Assembly (NCBI GenBank): GCA_964597925.1
Contig: CAZQZT010000001.1
Location: 119,929-183,928 of the forward strand
Direction of reading: 5' to 3'
Length of the DNA: 64,000 nucleotides
Origin: an uncultured Candidatus Saccharibacteria bacterium
Lineage (GTDB): Bacteria; Patescibacteriota; Saccharimonadia; Saccharimonadales; JBBQAJ01
Below, piece by piece: positions 33,357-41,950 of the stretch; within the stretch, counting starts at the first letter, position 1, and every line of letters starts with the position of its first letter. Both the position numbers and the translations under genes were made by a program. The notes below the pieces were generated by a model, which was not told the DNA's origin, ran no database searches, and saw only the letters and a program-made list of their open reading frames with translations.

Positions 33357-34394
33357 ATGTTAGACGATTTAAAGTATATTCACGAACGAGACACACAGGA
33401 TGCTCTAGGAATTGCAGAGAAGCAGTGGCAACAATTAGAACACGACTTCCAGCTACAGCCAGTGGTAGGTAATTTTGAGAATATTGTTCATTCTGGCATG
33501 GGTGGCTCAGCATTGTGGGCCTTACTTAGTGCGAGTTGGCCTGGTTATACAGTTCCTTTTGAGGTTGTAAGGGGCTATGATATTCCGGCCTATGTTAGTA
33601 GTAGGACATTATTCATTGCTTCAAGTTACTCTGGTAATACCGAAGAAACACTTTCGTCACTGGCGCAAGCCGAGAAAAAAGGCGCGTACATCGTAATCAT
33701 TACTTCAGGGGGTAAACTGGCTGATATTGCTAGAAATAATAAGTATCAGCTTATTGACCTGCCAAAAATAGATAAACCGCGGTACGGTACCTTTTATGGT
33801 CTGAGAGGATTGATTTTACTTTGTGAAGGTCTTGGTTTGGTTGCTGAGAAAGAAGCCTCGAACGAAATAAAAAATTCTGCAAGCTTTTTAAAACAAGCTA
33901 TTCAGTCTTGGCTCCCGACTGTTCCTGCAAAAGAGAATGCTGCAAAAAAATTAGCTCAAGAATTAATGGGCAAATCGCCAGTCATGTATGCGGGTCCGTT
34001 GCTCGCACCTGCTGCGCATAAATGGAAAATTAGTTTTAATGAAAATTCTAAAAACGTCGCATGGGAGTATGAATTTCCCGAATTTAATCACAATGAATTT
34101 ACGGGCTGGACATCTCAGCCAGAAAACAAACCATACTCGGTAGTTTATCTCACTTCTTCCTTTGATCACGAGCGAATAAAAAAACGCTTTGAATTGAGTG
34201 AAAAGCTACTCAGCGGGCGCTGGCCTTCTCCACATTATATTGAGGCGCAAGGGGAGTCTAAGCTTCACCAATTATTATGGACTGTTGCCATGGGGGACTT
34301 CGTAAGTCTATATTTGGCACTTTTGAACGGAGTTAATCCCATAGACACAGGCGACAAAGACATAATCGAAAAATTCAAAAAGGAACTAGCATGA
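33357..34394 (+). CDS. Bifunctional phosphoglucose/phosphomannose isomerase family (SIS domains)
   Basis: HSGMGGSALWALL...FIASSYSGNTEETLS...; length and motifs match the archaeal/CPR-type PGI/PMI family. Confidence 0.8.
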   Translation: MLDDLKYIHERDTQDALGIAEKQWQQLEHDFQLQPVVGNFENIVHSGMGGSALWALLSASWPGYTVPFEVVRGYDIPAYVSSRTLFIASSYSGNTEETLSSLAQAEKKGAYIVIITSGGKLADIARNNKYQLIDLPKIDKPRYGTFYGLRGLILLCEGLGLVAEKEASNEIKNSASFLKQAIQSWLPTVPAKENAAKKLAQELMGKSPVMYAGPLLAPAAHKWKISFNENSKNVAWEYEFPEFNHNEFTGWTSQPENKPYSVVYLTSSFDHERIKKRFELSEKLLSGRWPSPHYIEAQGESKLHQLLWTVAMGDFVSLYLALLNGVNPIDTGDKDIIEKFKKELA

Positions 34395-34837
34395 GTGATA
34401 ATAAATCAATTCCAAAATTTGATCCAAGTGAATTTAGTAATGAGTCTTATGTTAAGCGTGTCGAAAAACCTTGGGGCTATGAAATGCATTGGGTGCCAGC
34501 CGACAAGCCGTATATGGGTAAGATAGAGCATGTGAATGCGGGAATGCGCATGTCACTGCAGGTTCATGACCAAAAAGAAGAAAGCTGGTTTCTTATGACT
34601 GGAAGAGCAAAAGTTATTTGGGAAAACAATCATGGTCAAATGATAGAAACAGAACTTGTAGCAGGTCAGGGATATTCAACTCAAGTAGGTCAAAAACATC
34701 GCTTAGTAGGCATAACCGATTGTGACATTATCGAAGTTTCAACACCAGAGCTAGGTACAACATGGCGCCTGGAAGATGACTTTACACGTCCTAACGAAAC
34801 GGAGGAACAGCGAGCCAAAGAGCGAGACGAAAACTAA
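34391..34837 (+). CDS. Cupin-domain protein (mannose-6-phosphate isomerase type II-like)
   Basis: KPWGYEMHW...MSLQVHDQKEESWFLMTGRAKV...HRL; 4-nt overlap with the upstream gene. Confidence 0.75.
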   Translation: MSDNKSIPKFDPSEFSNESYVKRVEKPWGYEMHWVPADKPYMGKIEHVNAGMRMSLQVHDQKEESWFLMTGRAKVIWENNHGQMIETELVAGQGYSTQVGQKHRLVGITDCDIIEVSTPELGTTWRLEDDFTRPNETEEQRAKERDEN

Positions 34838-35355
34838 ATAGGGTGGTCTTTTAATCCTAGTAAATATGCTAAATAGGCCACTACTAGGTGTAGTCCAAAG
34901 TAAACTACTATTATGGTAGTTATAACCCATACAGGCAACTGTACAAAGGGGTAGATTAAGACTAATCCACCGACTATGTAGTCCGTCTGGTCAAAAGGGA
35001 ACCAACTTTGCCCTGGTGCAATATTGCGGCGTCGTTTAAAGAAGCTTTCTGCGGCGTCTCCCATTAGTGCCCCAAAACCAAGTAGACAACCAGCCCAAAA
35101 CGGATCAATAGTAACGACCGTATTTGAGTTTAGTTTACTTACAATAACAGCGGTAATTCCTCCCATGAGTGTTCCAAACAACAATCCACGAAGTCGTTTG
35201 TTATCGCCCAACACCCGTTTGCCATCCCATGTTTTACCAAAATCCATAGGGGTATTCCAATCTTTTATGACAGGTAATCGATTTGCAATCATCGGACTCA
35301 TGTTTGCCACACCAGCCGGCAAAAAAAACAAAATGGCTGCCACGTAATCATTCAT
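34834..35355 (-). CDS. CarS-family (CDP-archaeol synthase-like, DUF46) membrane cytidylyltransferase
   Basis: PMDFGKTWDGKRVLGDNKRLRG, FGALMGDAAESFFKRRRN and FDQTDYIVG align by eye with archaeal CarS ([23 protein letters not shown] / FGDLCGSFIKRR / DQL). Confidence 0.8.
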   Translation of the reverse strand: MNDYVAAILFFLPAGVANMSPMIANRLPVIKDWNTPMDFGKTWDGKRVLGDNKRLRGLLFGTLMGGITAVIVSKLNSNTVVTIDPFWAGCLLGFGALMGDAAESFFKRRRNIAPGQSWFPFDQTDYIVGGLVLIYPFVQLPVWVITTIIVVYFGLHLVVAYLAYLLGLKDHPI

Positions 35356-36008
35356 GATTTGTGAATTTTCTTTCTGATTCGGTGATACTTCGGATACAGC
35401 AATGAGCGTACACCTGGTCTTTCCGTGACTGGGGTGCCACCGGCAATCACTTCCACCAAATCACCTGGGCTTGGTAATTTTTTTACTCTAGTGTAGGTTT
35501 TGCCTAGGCCCTTCAAGCCGTGAGCATCACTGCTGGCTGCCCCAATCACGTGGTTTAACTTTGCCCAAATGACTGTCTGAGAATGACGATTTTGCAAAAA
35601 AGCTCGTCCATTACAAACTTCTACTATGTCTATATAATCTACTAGTTCTTCTAAAGTTCCAGGGTGCAAACCTTTACGTATGTTTTCAAACGGATGTGGT
35701 ATATAAACTAAGCCACCTTGTTCTTTGATCAGCCTAATTGTTTCCAAGGGCGAAAGTCCCGGCTTAATCCTTTCAGTCAGATACAAACCAACTATTTCAC
35801 CACCGGTTGTCATTATCTCTTCGCCGACAATTATCTTGTCTCCTAGTTGGTTTTGCAGTCCTATAGCGAAATCTATGTGATTGTGGTCAGTTACAGCTAT
35901 TACGTCCAGAAGATTATTGCTGATAGCCCGTGCATACTGAACTGCCGTTATACCACCATCTGGAGAAGCTACGGAATGTGTGTGCAAATCAATCTTGTAC
36001 ATGATCAA
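35352..36008 (-). CDS. PHP-domain metal-dependent phosphoesterase
   Basis: IDLHTHSVASPDG...VIAVTDHN...IPHPF...SDAHG. ATGA overlap with the carS-like gene. Confidence 0.85.
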   Translation of the reverse strand: MIMYKIDLHTHSVASPDGGITAVQYARAISNNLLDVIAVTDHNHIDFAIGLQNQLGDKIIVGEEIMTTGGEIVGLYLTERIKPGLSPLETIRLIKEQGGLVYIPHPFENIRKGLHPGTLEELVDYIDIVEVCNGRAFLQNRHSQTVIWAKLNHVIGAASSDAHGLKGLGKTYTRVKKLPSPGDLVEVIAGGTPVTERPGVRSLLYPKYHRIRKKIHKS

Positions 36009-36630
36009 GTCTCTTTATAACATCTTGTAAACGACTCACGGCAGTTACAAACGAAAGTACTGCGACTAGAGCAACTGCTTCAATCAGACGGTCAGATAAC
36101 AGCCCGAGGATTAGTACCACCATTCGAACCTCAAATCGCATCAAACCGCTCCTAAAAGATTGATTGATCTGGTGAGGTGCACGTTTGCCGATCAATACAA
36201 CTTCACTCCATGCATTGGTGTAGCTGACTAACAGAGAGGCTCCACAAGCAGCCACAGCCCATACAACGGCCGCGTAATGGCCAGTGTTTATGAAAGCATA
36301 GGCAATTCCGATATATAGAATAACTTCTTTCATACGATCAGTTATTGAATCTAGTAGCATACCAGCCGGTCCGTCGCGTTTTTGCAATCGTGCCAAAGCA
36401 CCATCCAAAGCATCAAATAGACCAAAAAACACCAACAGAGCTGCTGATAATACGTACTGCCCATCGGCTATCAACCAAGCAATCCCCAGATGAGCTAAAA
36501 GACCGGTAAGTGTAATCAAATTAGGAGTAATTTTACCGCCTGAAACACTATCCAACATTCGTGCAATCACGTTCATGTACTTTTGCACTATTCGTTTGCA
36601 GCTATCTAATAATGAATTCAACGGCCTCAT
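35989..36630 (-). CDS. CDP-alcohol phosphatidyltransferase
   Basis: DALDGALARLQKRDGPAGMLLDSITDRMKE matches D(x)2DG(x)2AR(x)8G(x)3D(x)3D. 20-nt overlap with the PHP gene. Confidence 0.9.
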   Translation of the reverse strand: MRPLNSLLDSCKRIVQKYMNVIARMLDSVSGGKITPNLITLTGLLAHLGIAWLIADGQYVLSAALLVFFGLFDALDGALARLQKRDGPAGMLLDSITDRMKEVILYIGIAYAFINTGHYAAVVWAVAACGASLLVSYTNAWSEVVLIGKRAPHQINQSFRSGLMRFEVRMVVLILGLLSDRLIEAVALVAVLSFVTAVSRLQDVIKRLDHVQD

Positions 36631-36646
36631 TGGCCTTAATTATACC

Positions 36647-37204
36647 TTATGAACTCTTTAGTCTATTTTGTAGGTCTTTTAATTCGGCTACAAGTTTTGT
36701 TAGTCTTTCGTCAAGATCGGGTTGGTTTGGTTTCCCGTTCTCGTCAAAAGCAGACCAAATACCGGGTATATGCACGTTTGCAAGAGCAGGGTAGAGTTTT
36801 ACGTCTAATACATTTTGCTTAAGCTGTTGAACTGCTCTCGTACCACCAGCTAGTCCGCCATAACTTATAAATCCCACCGGCTTATTTGCCCAACCATCGT
36901 AAACCCAATCTAAAGCATTTTTTAGTACTGCTGTAGGGCCATGATTGTATTCGGCTGTGATAAATATAAATGCATCTGCATCACTGACACGCTTTGCCCA
37001 AGCCGTTCCCTTTGGGTTTATGAATTGACCTTTGGCCGCATCTGGTGTTATTGCTTCATTGAAAAATGGCAAATCAACTTCTTTCAAATCGACAATATCG
37101 AGTTCTAGGCTAGGGTCATTTTGTAGTATCGGCAATGCCCAATTCTGTACGGTATCGGATTTTCGTCCTTCGCGGACACTTCCGTTTATAATCATTAGTT
37201 TCAT
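36647..37204 (-). CDS. NAD(P)H-dependent FMN reductase family protein
   Basis: MKLMIINGSVREGRKSDTV...FIFITAEYNHGPTAVLKNALDW. Confidence 0.85.
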   Translation of the reverse strand: MKLMIINGSVREGRKSDTVQNWALPILQNDPSLELDIVDLKEVDLPFFNEAITPDAAKGQFINPKGTAWAKRVSDADAFIFITAEYNHGPTAVLKNALDWVYDGWANKPVGFISYGGLAGGTRAVQQLKQNVLDVKLYPALANVHIPGIWSAFDENGKPNQPDLDERLTKLVAELKDLQNRLKSS

Positions 37205-37224
37205 CGTAGTGTTCCTTCTTAGAT

Positions 37225-37494
37225 TTATAGTAGTTCTGGGCGAATACCCTTGGCTTGTAGTAGCGCTTTATTGAGCGTATATAGTTTTTCTTTGCCTTCT
37301 TTTTCTTCCAAAATTATACCCGCCTCTACGAGTTTGCTGAAGTGATGACTCATGGCTGGCTGCGATAGAGAAGAAACTCGGCTTATTTTACTACAGCTCG
37401 TACAGCTTTCTTCGCGGACAAGTTCGCGGACTATGTCCAGACGGGTTTTGTCAGCCAGAGCTTTGAACAAATCGACTGTTATATTGTCAACCAT
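37225..37494 (-). CDS. ArsR/SmtB-family transcriptional regulator
   Basis: LFKALADKTRLDIVRELV...SLSQPAMSHHFSKLVEAGII. TATACT lies 6 nt upstream of the ATG. Confidence 0.9.
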   Translation of the reverse strand: MVDNITVDLFKALADKTRLDIVRELVREESCTSCSKISRVSSLSQPAMSHHFSKLVEAGIILEEKEGKEKLYTLNKALLQAKGIRPELL

Positions 37495-37505
37495 ACAGCA
37501 AGTAT

Positions 37506-37525
37506 ATATTTAAACATTTAAATAT
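37506..37525. promoter_or_regulatory. 9-2-9 perfect palindrome (ATATTTAAA CA TTTAAATAT), candidate ArsR operator
   Basis: Abuts the arsR -10 box (37501-37506) in the arsR/DUF1361 divergent gap. Confidence 0.45.
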
Positions 37526-37567
37526 GTCAATATGTAATTGTTTCCTTCTCTGTTATAATAGTAAATT

Positions 37568-38275
37568 ATGGCTACAACGGCCGCAAATCGCGGAATTGTG
37601 CGAGCAATAGTTATTTCAAATCTAGTAAGTGTGATACTTTTTGGTTTGCGGGTGGTGGGAACTGACAGAACGGATTATTGGTTTATGTTCTGGAATCTGT
37701 TTTTGGCCTGGACGCCATTACTTTTTGCTTGGCTTCTAGTGATAAAATTAAAAACCCGGAGCTGGAAAGAGCCCACGCCAGTTCTATTAACTGCCCTTTG
37801 GCTGGGTTTTTTGCCAAACAGCTTCTACCTCATGAGTGATTTAATTCATCTACAAGAGACGGGCGATATAGGTCTAATGTTTGACATAGTCGTTTTCCTT
37901 TCGTTCATATGGAATGGGCTACTTGCCGGATTTATTAGTTTGTTTATGGTTCACAAGCAGTTACTAAAACATAGAACGAGAGATTTTGCATCGTGGTGTA
38001 TTGCTGGCGTACTGCTACTAAACAGCTTTGCGCTGTATTTAGGGAGAAGTTTACGCTGGAACACCTGGGATTTGCTGGTTAGCCCCGCAGGGCTTTTGTT
38101 TGACGTATCAGAGCGATTGATTCATCCTCTGTCTCATCCGCAGGTTTTCGTAACCACGTTAACGTTTTTTGTTTTGTTAGGAAGCATGTACATGGTGATT
38201 TGGAACTTTGCTCAACAAGTTATGACTTTGAATCCATCTCGCCGTAGATACGCCCGCAAACCAAAACGCAAATAA
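37568..38275 (+). CDS. DUF1361-like polytopic membrane protein
   Basis: WNLFLAWTPLLFAWLL and about 6 TM helices. An extended -10 TGtTATAAT ends 8 nt before the ATG. Confidence 0.7.
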   Translation: MATTAANRGIVRAIVISNLVSVILFGLRVVGTDRTDYWFMFWNLFLAWTPLLFAWLLVIKLKTRSWKEPTPVLLTALWLGFLPNSFYLMSDLIHLQETGDIGLMFDIVVFLSFIWNGLLAGFISLFMVHKQLLKHRTRDFASWCIAGVLLLNSFALYLGRSLRWNTWDLLVSPAGLLFDVSERLIHPLSHPQVFVTTLTFFVLLGSMYMVIWNFAQQVMTLNPSRRRYARKPKRK

Positions 38276-38327
38276 CTTTTTAGGCTTGGCTGATTAACCA
38301 GAGTCGTTATCTGTTATTATGATTGTA

Positions 38328-39980
38328 ATGAGAGATGAATTAGAACAAGCAATTGCAGATGTGTGTAAAGAATTGTTCAACACGGATGTTGATATTAAAC
38401 TATCGCGTCCAGATGAACAATTTGGTGACTATGCCACAAATATAGCGCTAAGACTGAGCAAGCAAATAGGCAAAGACCCGCGAGAAGTTGCGGAGTCTAT
38501 CAGGGCCAAGCTTACGAATCCATATATTGCCGAGTCATCGATTGCTGGACCAGGATTCTTGAATCTTACTTTGACAGATGAAGCATTAGTTAAGCTCGTA
38601 GATGAAAAACCAGCACGCACTCTGGAGGGAAAAACAGTCGTAGCAGAGTATTCAGACCCAAATCCGTTTAAGGTAATGCATGCGGGGCATCTATATACCA
38701 GTATTGTTGGCGATGCTATTGCCAAATTATTAGAAGCCGCTGGCGCAAAAGTGCATAGAGTTAACTTCGGCGGAGACGTGGGTTTGCATGTTGGCAAAAC
38801 CATGTGGGCAATTTTACAAGAACTGAATGGTGATCATCCAGAAAAACTCGAAGCAGTAGAGAACCGCGCAGAATGGCTTACAAAAGCCTATGTAACAGGA
38901 ACCGCTGCGTACGAAGAAAACGAAACAGCCAAAAGCGAAATCGTTAGTCTGAACAAGCGTGTTTACCAGCTCCATGCGGACAATGATCACGATTCACCTT
39001 TTGCACACATTTATTGGACGTGTAGGCAATGGAGCTATGATTATTTCGCAGAGTTCTATGCAAGAATCGGTAGTCGTTTTGATAAGTACTATCCAGAAAG
39101 CGAAACAGTACAGTTAGGATTCCAAAAGGCCCAAGAACTCCTTAAGGATGGCGTACTCGAAGAGTCAGATGGGGCTATTGTATTCAAAGGCGAAGAGCAT
39201 GGTTTACACACCCGTGTGTTCATAAATTCTGAAGGCTTGCCCACGTACGAAGCAAAAGATCTGGGACTTACTATTGCCAAAACAAACGACTACCATCCGG
39301 ATAAATCAGTCATAATTACGGGCAATGACATAGTTGAATACATGAAGGTAGTTATGAAGGTTGTTGAACAGTTTGACCCTGAACATGCGCAAGTAACCAC
39401 ACACCTTACCCACGGTATGGTTAAGCTAGCTGGTGGTGAAAAGATGAGTAGTAGAAAGGGCAATATACTGCGGGCAGTAGATGTGATTGATGCTACTCAA
39501 AAAGCTAACAATGCAGCAAATGGCCAAAAAGATGAATCAACAGCACTTGCAGCAATCAAATATGCATTTCTAAAAAACCGTATAGGTGGAGATATAATCT
39601 ATGATCCTGCTGAGTCAGTGGCGCTAGAAGGTAACAGTGGACCGTACCTGCAGTATGCTCATGCTCGGGCACGCTCTATTTTGGCAAAAGCGCAGGCAAA
39701 CAATGTAGAGTTGGTAAATCTAGAATCAGATGAACGCACGTTGCTGCGTAAAATCAGCGAATTCACTGAGGTGGTGGACGGTGCAGTGCAAGAGCTTATG
39801 CCACACCATATTTGCACGTATTTGTATGAACTGGCTCAAAATTTTAATCGCTTTTACGAGCACAATCGAGTACTAGAAGAACCTCGCCAGTCCGTGCGAT
39901 TGCAGCTCGTAAAATCTTATGCAGACACACTTAAAATGGGCTTAGAGTTACTTAGCATCCCAGCACCGGATAGGATGTAA
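38328..39980 (+). CDS. argS: Arginine--tRNA ligase
   Basis: HAGHLYTSIVGDAI, MSSRKGN, and the anticodon-binding C-terminus ending DRM. The track start is 38319; Met4 (38328) sits 7 nt after TGtTATTAT. Confidence 0.95.
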   Translation: MRDELEQAIADVCKELFNTDVDIKLSRPDEQFGDYATNIALRLSKQIGKDPREVAESIRAKLTNPYIAESSIAGPGFLNLTLTDEALVKLVDEKPARTLEGKTVVAEYSDPNPFKVMHAGHLYTSIVGDAIAKLLEAAGAKVHRVNFGGDVGLHVGKTMWAILQELNGDHPEKLEAVENRAEWLTKAYVTGTAAYEENETAKSEIVSLNKRVYQLHADNDHDSPFAHIYWTCRQWSYDYFAEFYARIGSRFDKYYPESETVQLGFQKAQELLKDGVLEESDGAIVFKGEEHGLHTRVFINSEGLPTYEAKDLGLTIAKTNDYHPDKSVIITGNDIVEYMKVVMKVVEQFDPEHAQVTTHLTHGMVKLAGGEKMSSRKGNILRAVDVIDATQKANNAANGQKDESTALAAIKYAFLKNRIGGDIIYDPAESVALEGNSGPYLQYAHARARSILAKAQANNVELVNLESDERTLLRKISEFTEVVDGAVQELMPHHICTYLYELAQNFNRFYEHNRVLEEPRQSVRLQLVKSYADTLKMGLELLSIPAPDRM

Positions 39981-40625
39981 ATGGCAAATATAGTATTTGA
40001 TTTTGATGGAACTTTAGCAGATGTGAAAGCTTTGCTCATGGAAATAGGAAATAGCATAGCTTTAAAAAAAGGCTGGCAACCTGTTGATGAAGCATCATTT
40101 GACCAGCTGAGTCGGGGTAGTATACGCGAAGGTCTAAAACAACTGGGTATTCCGCTCAGAGATGTGCCGTATTTATTACTCACTGGTAAGCGCTTGTTGG
40201 GCGAACGAGTTGAAGAAATTAACTTATTTGTTGGCATCGATGAACTATTCATAGATTTACGCAAGGCAGGGCATGAGCTATTTGTACTCAGTACCAATAG
40301 TCGTAAACTTATTCAGATAGTTTTGGAACGGCATGGGCAAGCAGATAAAATTATAGTACTACCGTCTAGTGGTTTGTTTGGCAAAGCTTCGGCAATCAAA
40401 CGCTTTATGCGTAGCCACAAGGTTAGCAAAAAAGACGTATGGTACGTGGGCGATGAGCTCAGAGACATAGAAGCAGCGAAAAAGGCCGGAGTTCACAGCA
40501 TAGCAGTCATGTGGGGGTTACAGCACCCAGACGCTTTGCGCGCCGCCAAACCCGATTTTGTAATTGATAAGCCCTCAGACATGATTGATTGCATACCTAA
40601 CCTCAGCCAGGGAGTACTACAATAA
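39981..40625 (+). CDS. HAD-superfamily hydrolase (phosphoglycolate-phosphatase-like)
   Basis: IVFDFDGTLAD...STNS...YVGDELRDIEAAKKAG. The start abuts the argS stop. Confidence 0.85.
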   Translation: MANIVFDFDGTLADVKALLMEIGNSIALKKGWQPVDEASFDQLSRGSIREGLKQLGIPLRDVPYLLLTGKRLLGERVEEINLFVGIDELFIDLRKAGHELFVLSTNSRKLIQIVLERHGQADKIIVLPSSGLFGKASAIKRFMRSHKVSKKDVWYVGDELRDIEAAKKAGVHSIAVMWGLQHPDALRAAKPDFVIDKPSDMIDCIPNLSQGVLQ

Positions 40626-40655
40626 TCGTAAGCGGCTTTGTCTTACGACAAAAAT

Positions 40656-41031
40656 ATGAAATCAGTACTATATTTTAGCCTCACCAGCTTTACTCAGTGC
40701 ATGATCTGTAAAAGGTAGAGACAGTTCTTGCGACTGGACTACGGCTCCAAATGTATATGGAATGAACTCATTTGCTACCGATACAGTTGAGGCTTTAGCG
40801 CCCCTCGCACCAAGCGAAGACATTATGGAAGTCAGCAATTATCAAAAAGGAGTGTGGTCAGATATTTGAGACGGGCTATTCTGACGCTTTGTATAAAAAC
40901 AGCAAACGGTTTTGGCCAAAAATCCTCACACGGGCACACTAGTTCATCAGCTTAAAAAAATAGATGAAGACCACAAGCGAATTATTCACTATCGTGCCGA
41001 AGATTTCCTAGCCCAACATACTGCAGTGTAG
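40656..41031 (+). pseudogene. Possible remnant of an unidentified gene (fragmented reading frames)
   Basis: No ORF of 60 aa or more in 480 bp. Protein-like stretches (YSDALYKNSKRFWPKILTRA / GTLVHQLKKIDEDHKRIIHYRAEDFLAQHTAV*) lie in adjacent frames separated by stops. Confidence 0.3.
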
Positions 41032-41103
41032 TATAGCCGAAAGCCTGCAAGGATGTTAAAGTAACAATAATGTAATCGGTTACCTAAGTACCCAGGAGTA
41101 TCT

Positions 41104-41511
41104 ATGGCAGTTGATAAAAAAAAAGCAAGTAAAACAGTCGGCAAAGAACTAATTATTGTTCTGCCCCCAGTTCATGCGCCCAAATGGTTTCAGGGTTTCG
41201 TGGATTTTATACGTGAACAAGGCGTAGTCGGTATAGCGCTTGGTCTTACGCTTGGTCTTGCGGCCAAAGGTTTGGTTGATTCGCTTGTTGCAAATATTTT
41301 TAACCCCATTCTAGCTCTACTTGCTGGTCGCGGCAGTCTAGTCAGTCTTTCTATCTGTTTGAGGGAAATTGAAGCTAGTTGTACTGCAAAATTTGGTTAC
41401 GGGCAGTTTTTAAGTGATCTACTGAGCTTTATACTTCTACTAGTTATTTTTTACTTTGTAGTCAAAGCTCTAAAACTCGACAAATTGGCAAATAAAAAAG
41501 ACGAAGAGTAG
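41104..41511 (+). CDS. mscL: Large-conductance mechanosensitive channel
   Basis: FVDFIREQGVVGIALGLTLGLAAKGLVDSLVANIFNPIL; AGGAG SD. Confidence 0.92.
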   Translation: MAVDKKKASKTVGKELIIVLPPVHAPKWFQGFVDFIREQGVVGIALGLTLGLAAKGLVDSLVANIFNPILALLAGRGSLVSLSICLREIEASCTAKFGYGQFLSDLLSFILLLVIFYFVVKALKLDKLANKKDEE

Positions 41512-41514
41512 TCG

Positions 41515-41907
41515 GTGAAATTATCTGAAGAAGAATGGGAAGCTAAACTCACGACCGAACAATATCGGATACTGCGCCAGAAGGGCACAGAGGCACCTTT
41601 TTCGGGTGAACTGTTAGAAGAGAAGCGGGACGGCATGTTTATGTGTGTGGCCTGCGGAAATCAACTCTTTGCAAGTAACACAAAGTTTGATTCTGGTTCC
41701 GGTTGGCCAAGTTTTTATGATGTTGCTAAATCTGATGCAGTAAAGCTTTTAGAGGATAATTCTTTAGGCGTGAACAGGGTAGAAGTAGAGTGCGCCAAAT
41801 GTGGGGGCCATCTAGGTCACGTATTTGACGATGGACCAGCTGATAGAACCGGCCAGCGCTACTGCATAAACTCCGTCTGTTTAAAATTTGATTCAAAAAA
41901 ACTATAG
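41515..41907 (+). CDS. msrB: Peptide-methionine (R)-S-oxide reductase
   Basis: CVACGNQLF...GWPSF...CAKCGGHLGHVFDDGP...RYCINS; GTG start. Confidence 0.95.
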   Translation: MKLSEEEWEAKLTTEQYRILRQKGTEAPFSGELLEEKRDGMFMCVACGNQLFASNTKFDSGSGWPSFYDVAKSDAVKLLEDNSLGVNRVEVECAKCGGHLGHVFDDGPADRTGQRYCINSVCLKFDSKKL

Positions 41908-41950
41908 CCACCTATTTTGATAAACTAATCTCCTGATACAATAGAGTTCT

